From NCBI GenBank assembly GCA_963772815.1, contig CAVYYV010000003.1, positions 64,765-128,764 of the forward strand: a DNA stretch of 64,000 bases, given 5' to 3'. Under the pieces are notes generated by a model that was not told the DNA's origin, searched no databases, and worked only from the letters and a program-made list of their open reading frames with translations. Positions 53,284 to 63,437 of this stretch are shown here, piece by piece. Numbering within the stretch: position 1 is the first letter of the stretch; every line of letters starts with the position of its first letter. The position numbers and the translations under genes are program-made. The DNA comes from an uncultured Acidimicrobiia bacterium. GTDB taxonomy: Bacteria; Actinomycetota; Acidimicrobiia; Spongiisociales; ZC4RG35.

Positions 53284-53925
53284 TCAGACGATGCGGCGGT
53301 CGGACGCCCAGCGGGTGAGCTCGTAGCGGCTCGACAACTGCAGCTTACGCAGGACCGACGAGACGTGTGTCTCCACCGTCTTGATCGAGATGGAGAGTCG
53401 ACGTGCAACCTGCTTGTAGGGATAACCCCGGGCGATCAGTCGAAGCACCTCTTTCTCCCGGGGCGTGAGCTGGTCGAGCTCCGGGTCGGCCTGTTCGGGC
53501 AGACGATGAGCGAAGGCGTCGAGCACGAACCCGGCCAGCCGGGGAGAGAAGACCGCATCCCCCGCATTTACCCGCTCGATGGCGTCGGCCAGTTCTTCGG
53601 AGGCGATCGACTTGGTCACGTACCCGCGAGCTCCGGCCCGGATCATGGCGATCACGTCCTCGGCGGCGTCGGAGACCGACAGGGCGAGGAAGGTGACGTC
53701 GGGGTGCGTCTCGGACACGTTGGTGACAACGGCCAGCCCTCCCCCACCGGGCATGTGCACATCGACCAGGACCACCTCCGGATCCGACTCGCGAATGGCC
53801 GAGATGGCGTCATCTACATCGGAGGCGGTTCCCACGATCTCGAACCGATCTGACATCTCGGCCAGTTCGGCCTTCACCCCCGACAGGAAGAGGGCGTGGT
53901 CGTCGACGACGAAGAGGCGGATCAC
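53284..53925 (-). CDS. NarL/FixJ (LuxR)-family response regulator
   Basis: REC domain with D...DVHMPGGGGL, C-terminal LTPREKEVLRLIARGYPYKQVARRLSISIKTVETHV; GAGGTGG RBS + GTG; GTGA overlap with the kinase. Confidence 0.85.
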   Translation of the reverse strand: MIRLFVVDDHALFLSGVKAELAEMSDRFEIVGTASDVDDAISAIRESDPEVVLVDVHMPGGGGLAVVTNVSETHPDVTFLALSVSDAAEDVIAMIRAGARGYVTKSIASEELADAIERVNAGDAVFSPRLAGFVLDAFAHRLPEQADPELDQLTPREKEVLRLIARGYPYKQVARRLSISIKTVETHVSSVLRKLQLSSRYELTRWASDRRIV

Positions 53926-55123
53926 AGAGCCACCTCGCCAACCTCGTCCACGATGCTGGAGACGGGCGCCCACATGTGGACCTCGGTTCCCTCGCCAGGG
54001 GTCGAATCGACCGTGGCCCCTCCGCCGGCCCGGGCCAGCCGGGCCTTGATGGAGTCACGCAGCCCTCGTCTGTCGTCGGCCACCGAAGTCTGATCAAAGC
54101 CGGCCCCCAAATCGGCCACCCACACGTCAGCCCGCCCGTCGGCCACCTCGGCATAGACCGAGATCTCATCGGCGCCGGAGTGCTTGGCGCCATTCACCAT
54201 GGCCTCGGTCGCCGCCGACAGGAGGGCCCGTCCGGTGTCGTCCACTGTGGTATCTCCAACGGTGATGACGTCTATTGGAATCGTAAAGTCCCCCTCGATT
54301 CGAGCCGCCGCTTGCTGCAACGCCGTGGAAAGCCGGTCTTCACCGTGGACCGTCCCGCCGTCGTAGAGCCAGGACCGAAGCTCCCGTTCCTGCTGGCGGG
54401 CCAGAGTCACGACCCGTTTGGGATCGCCGGTCCTCTGCATGAGTGCCAGGGTCTGGAGAACCGAATCGTGCAGGTGTGCGGCCATTTCCGCTCGTTCCTC
54501 CTGGCGTATCCGTTCCCGTCGCTCCGTGCCCAACTGACGGGCCAATGACACCAGCCAGGGTCCGAACACGAGCACCACACCCAGGATGGTGATTATCACG
54601 GCCGTGGCGACGGCACCCAGCGTGCGGATCCGAGACACGGATGCCAGCAGGATCCCCAGGCCGACCAGCAAGAGCACGACGCCCCCCACCACCCGCAGCT
54701 TGGAGGGTCGCGCCCTTTGGGGATCGAAAATCCGGCCCACCCAATCCGTGTCACCCAGGACTGCGACTCCAACGGCCAGGGTCGTGATCATCACCATGAG
54801 GGCATCGCCCGGCCACCATCCGATCCCGCGGAAGACCAGGACTCCCCCACCGAAGATGAGACCCAAGCCGGCTTGGCGAGACGGAGGCAGATCTACGCGA
54901 AGGCCGATCCTCCACTCGGTCAAAGCTGGCGATCCAGAGGGCGACGTAGAAGATGACACCCAGGCCCCACAGAGCCGACAGGACAACGAAGGCAGCGCGC
55001 ACGTAACCCGCCGACACTCCCAGCCGCGTCGCCCACGCCGCCTGCCACGCCGGCCAGGACACGATCGCGGGATCGGCGGGCGAGTTGTTCGAAGCTGAAT
55101 CTTCGCTCGGCGGTGGTTGGCAT
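53922..55123 (-). CDS. PspC-domain sensor histidine kinase (HisKA_3 type) with two apparent frameshifts (~55017 and ~54924)
   Basis: N-terminus MPTTAERRFSFEQLARRSRDRVLAGVAGGVGDAAG (frame c), then VSAGYVRAAFVVLSALWGLGVIFYVALWIAS (frame b, PspC TM part), then ...LTEWRIGL...AAHLHDSVLQTL...HATPase (frame a). Confidence 0.7.
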
Positions 55124-55235
55124 CAGCTAGATGTTGGCACCGCGACTCTCCGGCAACAATGGGGGAAGACCCTGAACCCATCTCGGGGTTGGAGTCTGCG
55201 ATCAGGGGTCATACCCGATAGACGAGGAGTCGACC

Positions 55236-56867
55236 GTGCCCGACGATGCGGACATGGACACCAATACCACATCCGCCGAGTCCAACGAGGCTCGGGCGCA
55301 AGCCAACCAGCCACCGCCGCGGCCACCCCTGGTGCGCCCCGTCCAACGACGGGTCATCGCCGGAGTCGCTGCGGGTCTGGCTCAGACGATGGGCATATCG
55401 ACCGGACTGGTGAGGCTGGCATTCGTGATCGCCACCTTGTTCGGAGGCGCGGGCATCGCCCTCTATCTGGCCGGCTGGCTGCTCATCCGCAGCGAAGACC
55501 GCTCCCAATCGCCAGTCCAGCGCCTGCTCGACAACCGCGGCTCCGTTCCGGCATGGATCGGCATCGGACTGCTCGTGTTGGCCGGAGTGATCGTGCTCGA
55601 TAGATTCACCGTCCTCTCCGGGTCGATGCTGTGGGCCACCGTGCTCGTCGTGGTCGGGGTTCTCCTCTATCGCGGTGACCTCAGCCTGACCCGACCCGAC
55701 GCCCCGCCTCGACCTCCCGCGCCGACCGGCTCCCAAAGCACGGAGATGGCCGCGGCGCCCGCCGAGACGGACTCCAGTCCCGCCGGCGAGTCCGCCGCCC
55801 AGAGTGGCGCCGGTGGCGGGGCCGGGACCAGCACGACACCGCCCACCCCGGCCGCTCCGCCACCCCCGGCCCCTCAGGCGCCACCTCCCCCGCCCCGGCC
55901 TCCTTCGATTCTGGGCCGACTGACAATGGGTCTGGGCCTCCTCGCCCTGGGTGTCCTGGCCGTGGTCGACAACGTCACCAACCTGGTCGATCCTCAGCCC
56001 CGCCATTACCTGGCCTTGGCAACGGTCATCATGGGCGCCGGCCTCCTGACCGGCGCGTTCGTGGGGCGAGCTCGCTGGATGATCCTGCTCGGCGTGTTCC
56101 TGCTCCCCCCTCTGGTGGTCTCACCGGCCGCCGAGATCAACTGGAACCGTGACCTGGACCGGACCATTCACCCCGCATCGCTCCAGGCGTTGGAGCCGTC
56201 CTATCAGGCTCCGGCCGGCCGCTACGTCTTCGATCTGACCGACGTGGACTGGAACGGCCAGTCGGCCAACCTGACCGTCGACATGGCTGCGGGCGAGATC
56301 ATCGTCGTCGTGCCCGACGGGGTGGGTCTGAGCGGCACGGCGAGCGTGAACGTCGGCGAAGTGCAGACTCCCAATGGAACGCGCAACGGCATCGGAGACG
56401 TCACCCAGGCCCTCGACCTGCCGGGTGACGACGGAAGCTTGAACCTGAACCTAAACCTCGGGTTCGGATCGATCCAGATCGAGACCAGCGCTCCCGGGTC
56501 CACGCAGCTCGGCAACAGCAGTGGATTCGGAGACTTCAGCGTGACACCGGTCGACGCCTCCCAGCTAGCCGACGTTTCCAAGCCGGCCGGCAACATAACC
56601 ATCGACCTGCGCAGCCTGAACCTGGATTCCGACGCCACATATCCGGTCTCCGTCGGAGCGGGCGACATCGACGTGACGGTCCCCGAGGACCTGCGAGTGG
56701 TGATCAACGCTCACACCGGCGCAGGAACCATTTCGATGTTCGGTCACACATCCAGTGGGCTCGGCACCGACGGCAGCTACACATCTCCCACCGCCACCGG
56801 ACCGACACTCGATCTGGAGCTGCAGACCGGCGCCGGAGACATCACCGTCAAGGAAGGAACCAGCTGA
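55236..56867 (+). CDS. PspC-domain protein with C-terminal DUF4097/putative-adhesin beta-helix domain
   Basis: VQRRVIAGVAAGLAQTMGISTGLVRLAFVIATLFGGAGIALYLAGWLLI (PspC), Pro/Ala-rich linker, ...LTVDMAAGEIIVVVP... Confidence 0.7.
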   Translation: MPDDADMDTNTTSAESNEARAQANQPPPRPPLVRPVQRRVIAGVAAGLAQTMGISTGLVRLAFVIATLFGGAGIALYLAGWLLIRSEDRSQSPVQRLLDNRGSVPAWIGIGLLVLAGVIVLDRFTVLSGSMLWATVLVVVGVLLYRGDLSLTRPDAPPRPPAPTGSQSTEMAAAPAETDSSPAGESAAQSGAGGGAGTSTTPPTPAAPPPPAPQAPPPPPRPPSILGRLTMGLGLLALGVLAVVDNVTNLVDPQPRHYLALATVIMGAGLLTGAFVGRARWMILLGVFLLPPLVVSPAAEINWNRDLDRTIHPASLQALEPSYQAPAGRYVFDLTDVDWNGQSANLTVDMAAGEIIVVVPDGVGLSGTASVNVGEVQTPNGTRNGIGDVTQALDLPGDDGSLNLNLNLGFGSIQIETSAPGSTQLGNSSGFGDFSVTPVDASQLADVSKPAGNITIDLRSLNLDSDATYPVSVGAGDIDVTVPEDLRVVINAHTGAGTISMFGHTSSGLGTDGSYTSPTATGPTLDLELQTGAGDITVKEGTS

Positions 56868-57094
56868 TGGAACGCCATCGCTTCGACACTCTCTCGTTCG
56901 CATTCGGGTTGATCTACCTACTGATCGGGCTCATCTTCCTGATCCCGGCTACGCCCTTCGATCTGGCACCAGTGGTGGCCGCGTCGTTGCGCTGGGTGTG
57001 GCCGCTGGCGATCATCGGCATCGGTGCTGCGATCATCATTCCGCTGGTGAGGGCAAACGCACCCAGCGAGCCCGAAGAGACCGAGCAAGGCTGA
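56867..57094 (+). CDS. small two-TM membrane protein, translationally coupled (ATGA) to the PspC-domain gene
   Basis: MERHRFDTLSFAFGLIYLLIGLIFLIP... Confidence 0.45.
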   Translation: MERHRFDTLSFAFGLIYLLIGLIFLIPATPFDLAPVVAASLRWVWPLAIIGIGAAIIIPLVRANAPSEPEETEQG

Positions 57095-57169
57095 GCGTGC
57101 CCCATTTCGGTGTGTTGCGTTCCCGGCTCGTGAGCCGGGAACGTGGCGCGTCCGGGGACGGTGTCGGTC

Positions 57170-58699
57170 TCAGCCGCGGCGCATCCCGGCGATGAGCTCC
57201 TGTTTCAAATCGCTGGACCCACTGCTCAGAGACACGTGATAAACGTGTGGATTGACGATACGTCGGACACCGGCGTCCAGCCGATCCAGGTCCCGGTCAC
57301 GACGCTTTCGAGCATCCTCGATCACAGCCCTCTCGTCGACGGAGGCCTGGATCTCCCGCTCCTCCAACAGGTCCTCCATGCCCGACACCTGGTCTGGTTC
57401 CAGGGTCCGCCTCACGCCGGGCTCGACCGGATGGTACAGCTCCAGGGGAGGTGCGAGGTTCTCACCCTTCTGGGCCAGAACGTCGGCCGTGGCCGCTCCC
57501 CTCTCGTCGTAAACCCGGACCACGTGCTTTCGTCCCGGGTTGATGACTTTGGCCGGCGTGTCTGAGAGCTTGATGGCCGGCACCCACTCCCCGTCACGCT
57601 GGATGGCCACCAGCTTGTATACGCCATCGAGGCTGGGATCACCATCACTCGTGACCATCTTGGTGCCGACTCCGTACACCAGGCGGCCGATGACCGAGTC
57701 GGCGTCGATGCCGTAGCGGGGAGCCTCGACCGCGATCTGGTTGAGGATCTGCCATATGGTCAGCTCATCGAGACCCGACGACACAACGATGCTGCACTCC
57801 TCGAATCCGGCCTTGTCCAACATCTGAGCGGACACCACGGCCAGGTGGGCCAGGTCGCCGGAGTCGAGTCGAATGCCGACGGGCTCGTGGCCTTTCGCCC
57901 TCAACTCCTCGAAGACGGTTATTGCGTTGGGCACCCCCGAATGAACCGTGTCGATGGTGTCCACCAGGAGCAGGCAGTCGTCGGGGTAGACGTCGGCATA
58001 GGCCCGGAAGGCGCCCAGCTCGCCCGCCCCCAGCGCCATGAACACTTGCACCATGGAGTGGGCGTGAGTGCCCTTGGGAGGGATCCCCACCTCGTGCGAG
58101 ACCCCGACTGCCGAAGAGAAGTCAGCACCGCCTATCAGTGAGGCGCGCGTGGCAGCGGTGGCACCTCGCTCCGGCGCCCGCCGCATCCCGAACTCGAGCA
58201 CCGTGCCATCGCGGGCGGCCTCGGACACTCTGGAAGCCTTGGTGGCAATGAGAGTCTGGAAGTTGAGATGATTGAGAAGGGAGGTCTCGACTATCTGAGC
58301 CAGCGCAAGTGGGCCCTCCACCACCGTGATGGGCACACCGGCATGGACCACCCGGCCTTCCGGGATCGCCTCGAAGTGGAGGGACGAAAAGTCCCCCACA
58401 TCCGAGAGCCATCCCAGGAAGTCGTCACCAAACACCCGGTGCCCGTCGTCGGTGGTATGGGATCTGAGCCGGTCAAGGGAGGCCTCGTCGAACCGAGCAC
58501 CGGCCGCCCATTCGCTGAACCACGCCCAGCCGGCATTGATGCAGTAGCCGGCCTGATGGCGACCGTAGTCGGGGTAGCTACGGAAGAAGTGCTCGAACCT
58601 CGCCGTTCTCTCTGCCAGGCCCTGGCGGTAGTAGAGCTGGGCCATGCTCAGCTGGTACTGGTCGGTGTACAAAACACCCTCGGCAACGGATCGGTCCAT
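57170..58699 (-). CDS. pncB: nicotinate phosphoribosyltransferase
   Basis: [15 protein letters not shown]...family signature. Confidence 0.85.
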   Translation of the reverse strand: MDRSVAEGVLYTDQYQLSMAQLYYRQGLAERTARFEHFFRSYPDYGRHQAGYCINAGWAWFSEWAAGARFDEASLDRLRSHTTDDGHRVFGDDFLGWLSDVGDFSSLHFEAIPEGRVVHAGVPITVVEGPLALAQIVETSLLNHLNFQTLIATKASRVSEAARDGTVLEFGMRRAPERGATAATRASLIGGADFSSAVGVSHEVGIPPKGTHAHSMVQVFMALGAGELGAFRAYADVYPDDCLLLVDTIDTVHSGVPNAITVFEELRAKGHEPVGIRLDSGDLAHLAVVSAQMLDKAGFEECSIVVSSGLDELTIWQILNQIAVEAPRYGIDADSVIGRLVYGVGTKMVTSDGDPSLDGVYKLVAIQRDGEWVPAIKLSDTPAKVINPGRKHVVRVYDERGAATADVLAQKGENLAPPLELYHPVEPGVRRTLEPDQVSGMEDLLEEREIQASVDERAVIEDARKRRDRDLDRLDAGVRRIVNPHVYHVSLSSGSSDLKQELIAGMRRG

Positions 58700-58774
58700 G
58701 AGACTCAGGGTACGACGAAGGGGAAGCATGTCGCCGCCACTCCCTCAGCGCGCACCCAGCCCTAGCCTCAGAGT

Positions 58775-59356
58775 ATGACCTTCCACACCAGCACCGCCCT
58801 CGTAGTGGTCGATTGCCAGAACGACTTCGCCGATCCGGATGGATCCCTGTATGTCGTGGGGGCAGCCGACGTGATCTCCCATACCAACCGGCTGATCATC
58901 CAGGCGGTGGCGGCAGGCTCTCCCGTCTACTACACCCAGGATTGGCATCCGGAGTCGACTCCCCACTTCCAGAAGGACGGCGGAGTTTGGCCCGTCCATT
59001 GCGTTGCCGAGACCTGGGGCGCCCAGTTGCATCCTCGACTGATCGATGCCGGGCCCAAGATCCGCAAGGGCACCAAAGGCGAGGACGGCTACTCCGGCTT
59101 CACCGTCCGGGACCCCGTCAGCGGCGAGGAGACGCCCACCAGGCTCACCTCGATGCTCGAATCCGCAGGTGTGAAGCGGGTGGTGGTGGCCGGGCTCGCT
59201 TTCGACCATTGCGTCAAGGCCACAGCCCTGGATTCGACCGGGCTGGGCTATCAAACCGAGGTGCCATTGCGCGCCACCGCCGCGGTCGAGATGACGCCCG
59301 GTGATTCGGACCACGCCCAAGACGAGCTCAGCGAGGCGGGCGTGGAGCTGACCTGA
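58775..59356 (+). CDS. pncA: nicotinamidase / isochorismatase-family hydrolase
   Basis: ALVVVDCQNDF...catalytic C in WPVHCV... Confidence 0.8.
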   Translation: MTFHTSTALVVVDCQNDFADPDGSLYVVGAADVISHTNRLIIQAVAAGSPVYYTQDWHPESTPHFQKDGGVWPVHCVAETWGAQLHPRLIDAGPKIRKGTKGEDGYSGFTVRDPVSGEETPTRLTSMLESAGVKRVVVAGLAFDHCVKATALDSTGLGYQTEVPLRATAAVEMTPGDSDHAQDELSEAGVELT

Positions 59357-60122
59357 GCGACAGGGCCATGCGGATGGCCACCAACAGAGCGAAGCCACCG
59401 AAGATCCTCGTCAGCAGGGCCCCGTCGAGGGCGAGAGCCAGCGAAGAGCCCAGGAGCGCACTGATGACACCGGCTCCGCCGACGGTGAAAGCCTGACGAA
59501 GGTCGACCCGACCTGCTTGCCAGTTGACCCGGGTGGCCGCCAAAGCAGTGAACACGATCGCCATGAGCGAGGTGCCGCTGGCCGTGTGTTGCTCGATCCC
59601 GAGAAAGAAGACCAGGGAGGGAACGATGATGACGCCACCCCCGATCCCTGCCAGCGCCCCGGCGAATCCCGCCAGCAGGCCGACCGCCACTGCCACGACA
59701 CCAGCCACGAAGGCCTCCATCCCGGTGCCCAGGGCGATATCTCCCCCGGTCAACATGCGGATCGCGGCCACGGTCAGGACCACCACGAAGACTCCCCTCA
59801 GCAGACGAGGCGACATCCGGCCCATCAGTCGCGAACCGAACGTTGAGCCTGTGATGGCACCGATGCCCACCAGCGCACCCACCGCCCAATCCACTTCCCC
59901 GGCAACCCCGAGTCGAATGGCTCCGGTCAGGGCGATCACGAGAATCGCGGCCAATGAGGTGGCATGCGCCCGATGCTGGTCCAGCCCCACGACTCCCACG
60001 AGGAGGGGAACGAGGATGATGCCCCCTCCCACTCCCAGAAGACCCGACAGCATGCCTGCCGCCAGGCCTATGGACGCGTAGACCCAGATCGAGGCCGTCC
60101 CGGGGGCCGTGCGGGATTCCAT
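59328..60122 (-). CDS. TauE/SafE (DUF81) family sulfite-exporter-like membrane protein
   Basis: Duplicated GxLSGxLGVGGGxIxVP motifs. Confidence 0.7.
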   Translation of the reverse strand: MESRTAPGTASIWVYASIGLAAGMLSGLLGVGGGIILVPLLVGVVGLDQHRAHATSLAAILVIALTGAIRLGVAGEVDWAVGALVGIGAITGSTFGSRLMGRMSPRLLRGVFVVVLTVAAIRMLTGGDIALGTGMEAFVAGVVAVAVGLLAGFAGALAGIGGGVIIVPSLVFFLGIEQHTASGTSLMAIVFTALAATRVNWQAGRVDLRQAFTVGGAGVISALLGSSLALALDGALLTRIFGGFALLVAIRMALSLRSAPRPPR

Positions 60123-60199
60123 GGCCCGGTACGCTAGCCCGCACCGAGGTGGCGCCCGGGGTGGGCCGAATCCCCCTTCCCCGCTAGCGTCAACGGGCA

Positions 60200-61117
60200 A
60201 TGGGAGGGAGGACGACCGACATCGCCATCCGCGCCGAAGCCCTGACCAAGGTTTACGGCCGCACGCGAGGCCTCGACGGCCTCGACATGGAGGTGCGAGC
60301 TGGAGAGGTGTTCGGGTTCCTGGGTCCCAACGGCGCCGGGAAGACCACGACCATCCGTCTCCTTCTCGATCTGATCCGGCCCACGAGCGGGTCGGCCAGC
60401 GTGCTCGGCCTCCAGCCGCGTTCAGATGGGGTCGAGTTGCGCAGACGGATCGGCTACCTCTCGGGCGACTTCGTCGTCGATACACGCCAGACGCCGGCCG
60501 AGCTGCTCACCTATTTGGGACACCTGAGGGGCGGGGTCCCGGCCGGATCCATCGACGACCTGGCAACCCGCCTCGACCTCGACATGAAACGGCCGATCCG
60601 AACCCTGTCACGCGGGAACCGCCAGAAAGTGGGGGTTATCCAGGCATTCATGCACCGCCCGGAGCTGCTGATCCTGGACGAGCCAACCGTCGGCCTGGAC
60701 CCGTTTCTCCAGAAGGAATTCACGGCCATGGTTCGCCAGGCAAGTGCCGAAGGGCGCACCGTGTTCATGTCCTCGCACATCATGAGTGAGGTGCAGCGAG
60801 CCGCCGACCGGGTAGGGATCGTTCGCCAGGGCCGTCTGACGGCAGTTGAGGGCGTCGAACAACTCAGGCATCGAGCCCGACGCCGAATCGAGATCGTGTT
60901 CGACCAACCACCGACGGCCCCAGAATTCTCGGCGGTGGAAGGAGTCTCCGAGGTCGCCGTCGAGGGCACGACGCTCCGATGTCGCCTCGACGGCCGCGCC
61001 GACGCCTTGGTCAAGGCTGCCGCCCGCCACGGGGTGGTCACCTTCAGTGCCGAGGAGCCGGACCTGGAGGAACTGTTCTTCGACTACTTCACCGAGACGG
61101 ACCGAGATGCGGGCTGA
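60200..61117 (+). CDS. ABC transporter ATP-binding protein (ABC-2 subfamily)
   Basis: GPNGAGKTT, LSRGNRQKV, LLILDEPT. Confidence 0.85.
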   Translation: MGGRTTDIAIRAEALTKVYGRTRGLDGLDMEVRAGEVFGFLGPNGAGKTTTIRLLLDLIRPTSGSASVLGLQPRSDGVELRRRIGYLSGDFVVDTRQTPAELLTYLGHLRGGVPAGSIDDLATRLDLDMKRPIRTLSRGNRQKVGVIQAFMHRPELLILDEPTVGLDPFLQKEFTAMVRQASAEGRTVFMSSHIMSEVQRAADRVGIVRQGRLTAVEGVEQLRHRARRRIEIVFDQPPTAPEFSAVEGVSEVAVEGTTLRCRLDGRADALVKAAARHGVVTFSAEEPDLEELFFDYFTETDRDAG

Positions 61118-61901
61118 CAGCCTCATGAAGTGGCTACGGGACGACCGACGTTGGTTCCTCACCTGGGGCGTGTCCATCGCGGCAGTCGGTGGGATGTATG
61201 CCGCCTTCTGGCCCACGATCGACAACCCCGCTATCCGCGAGGCTCTGGCCAGCTACCCCAAGGCCATGATGGACGCTCTCAACTTCAACGACATTGCCAC
61301 ACCGGCCGGCTATCTCAATGCCAGCGTGTACGGGTTGGTGGTGGGATTGCTGGTGGTCGTGTTTTCCATCCAGGCCGGCGCCAAGGCCGTCGCCGGTGAG
61401 GAGGAGGCCGGCAGGCTCGACCTCATCCTCTCATATCCCGTCGGCCGGGCCAGGCTGGCCTTGCAACGCCTGGGCGCCTTCCTGGTTGCCGCCCTCGGCA
61501 TCTCAGCGCTGCTGTGGCTCGTTCTCCTGGCGGAGAGCGGTCCCGCTCACCTGGAGGGAATCGGCGTGGGCGATTTCGCTGCAATGCACCTGCACCTGTT
61601 CCTGTTCGCTGCCCTATTCGGATCCCTCGCTTTCGGTGTCGGCGCCGCCACCGGTCGCCGCGGCTGGGCGATCGGGGCCGGGGCGGCGGTGGCGGTGTTC
61701 GGTTTCGCCGCCAACGGTGTGCTGTCCCAGATCAACGGCTTCGAGTGGACCCGTGACCTCTCACCCTTCCAGTGGCTCAATGGAGGATCTCCGCTTCAGA
61801 ATGGGGTGCAGGGATGGGAGGCGCTGGTCATGGCGGGACTCGCGGCGCTGTTCGTGGCTCTCGGACTGTTGGGTCTCAACCGCCGCGACATCGCCGTGTG
61901 A
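61107..61901 (+). CDS. ABC-2 family transporter permease
   Basis: Six TM helices, overlaps the ATPase stop. Confidence 0.7.
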   Translation: MRADSLMKWLRDDRRWFLTWGVSIAAVGGMYAAFWPTIDNPAIREALASYPKAMMDALNFNDIATPAGYLNASVYGLVVGLLVVVFSIQAGAKAVAGEEEAGRLDLILSYPVGRARLALQRLGAFLVAALGISALLWLVLLAESGPAHLEGIGVGDFAAMHLHLFLFAALFGSLAFGVGAATGRRGWAIGAGAAVAVFGFAANGVLSQINGFEWTRDLSPFQWLNGGSPLQNGVQGWEALVMAGLAALFVALGLLGLNRRDIAV

Positions 61902-62006
61902 CGGTCGACCAGGGACCACCATCCAATCCCTTCCAGTAACTAGTCACTGCGCCGTCAACACCGTATGACGCTCTACCCAGAGACTCCGCAATCCGATTGA
62001 ACTGTT

Positions 62007-63437
62007 GTGGAGCCCTTCGACACCGCTCGCGCTGACCGGAGGTCGCGCCGGCTGGTAGCCATCACCGCCGGGGCGGCATTGGTCGTCGTGGCGATCAGTC
62101 TGACCTTGGTGTTCACCATCTCGACCACCACCGAGCGAGTCGCCGACAACGCCCGTGACCTCCATTGGACCAATGCAGCGTTGGGCTCGGCCGGGTTGCT
62201 TCGAGCGGCCAATTCCCAGGCGGTCTTCTTCGGGGTCGACGAGTCAGCGGGGGTCGCCTCCCCAGATGCCCTGGATCGCGCTCTCCAGGAGGACCTCAAA
62301 GCTGCAGCCGCCCTCGAGCAACTCGCACAGAGCCCGGAGCGTCCCGCGGAGACCATGGACGGCTCGATCGCGACGAGCCTGGACGGGCTGCTGGTTGCCG
62401 CGGCAAGAGTCGACTCGCTGATCGAGGCCAACGACGTGGCGGGCGCGGTCCAGGTGAATCAGAGCGATGTTGAGAGCCAATACCGGGCACTGGCTGGGAG
62501 CCTGGGTTCATACCAAGCCACGCTGGAGGGCAGGATTGTGCAGTCGCAGAGCTCTGCCGGCCGCATGAGCACTGTCATCCAGTTCGTGGTCACGCTGCTG
62601 ATCCCGATGGTGCTGCTTCTTCTGTATCGCTGGATCGCAAGGCGGCAGTTACGCGAGCAGCGGATCAAGATGAGCGAGAGGCTGAGGGCCGAACGCCGCC
62701 TCAGTGAGGCCAAAGACGAATTCATCGCCGGACTGTCGCACGAGTTTCGGACCCCGCTCACATCGATCTACGGGTTCTCTGAGATCCTGCTCGAGTCCGA
62801 GCTGGTGGATCCCTCCTCGAGTCGAGAGCTGGTCGCTCTGATCAACTCCGAATCATCGGAGCTGTCACGGATGGTGGACGATCTTCTCGTGGCGGCCCGC
62901 CTCGAGGCAGAGGCCCTGACCTTCAAGCCCTGCAGGATGGACGTGGCCGGCGAAGCGGCCACGGTTCTGGCGCCGTGGCGTCGAAACGGTCACCACGTGG
63001 AGGCGGAGATCTGCCAGACGCGGATCTGGGCTGATCCGTTGCGCTTCCGCCAGATACTCCGAAACCTGATCTCAAACGCGCTCAAGCACGGCGGATCCAA
63101 TGTCGGGATCTGGGGTCGTGTCCAGCGTCACGAATTCGTGTGCTCGGTCGTGGACGACGGGCCAGGCGTCCCCGATGCGATCGCCGGCCGCCTCTTCGAC
63201 CGCTTCGTCCACGACGGGCGACACGCCCTCCTGGCCGGCAGCGTGGGACTCGGGCTCAACATCGCCCGTTCTCTGGTCCTGGAGATGGGAGGTGAACTGG
63301 TCTACGAGCGGATCAACTCGAAGACCTGGTTTACGTTCCGCCTGCCGCTCGGCCCGGGCGACGTCATCGCCGAGGACGGAGTCGAGATCGTTCTGCCCGC
63401 CGCTGAGCCGTCCGAGCAAGGGGCGACACTGATATGA
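62007..63437 (+). CDS. sensor histidine kinase (HisKA + HATPase_c) with N-terminal TM/extracytoplasmic sensor
   Basis: GLSHEFRTPLTSIYG (H-box), ...NLISNALKHG... N-box, ...VDDGPGVP...GLGLNIAR. Confidence 0.8.
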   Translation: MEPFDTARADRRSRRLVAITAGAALVVVAISLTLVFTISTTTERVADNARDLHWTNAALGSAGLLRAANSQAVFFGVDESAGVASPDALDRALQEDLKAAAALEQLAQSPERPAETMDGSIATSLDGLLVAAARVDSLIEANDVAGAVQVNQSDVESQYRALAGSLGSYQATLEGRIVQSQSSAGRMSTVIQFVVTLLIPMVLLLLYRWIARRQLREQRIKMSERLRAERRLSEAKDEFIAGLSHEFRTPLTSIYGFSEILLESELVDPSSSRELVALINSESSELSRMVDDLLVAARLEAEALTFKPCRMDVAGEAATVLAPWRRNGHHVEAEICQTRIWADPLRFRQILRNLISNALKHGGSNVGIWGRVQRHEFVCSVVDDGPGVPDAIAGRLFDRFVHDGRHALLAGSVGLGLNIARSLVLEMGGELVYERINSKTWFTFRLPLGPGDVIAEDGVEIVLPAAEPSEQGATLI

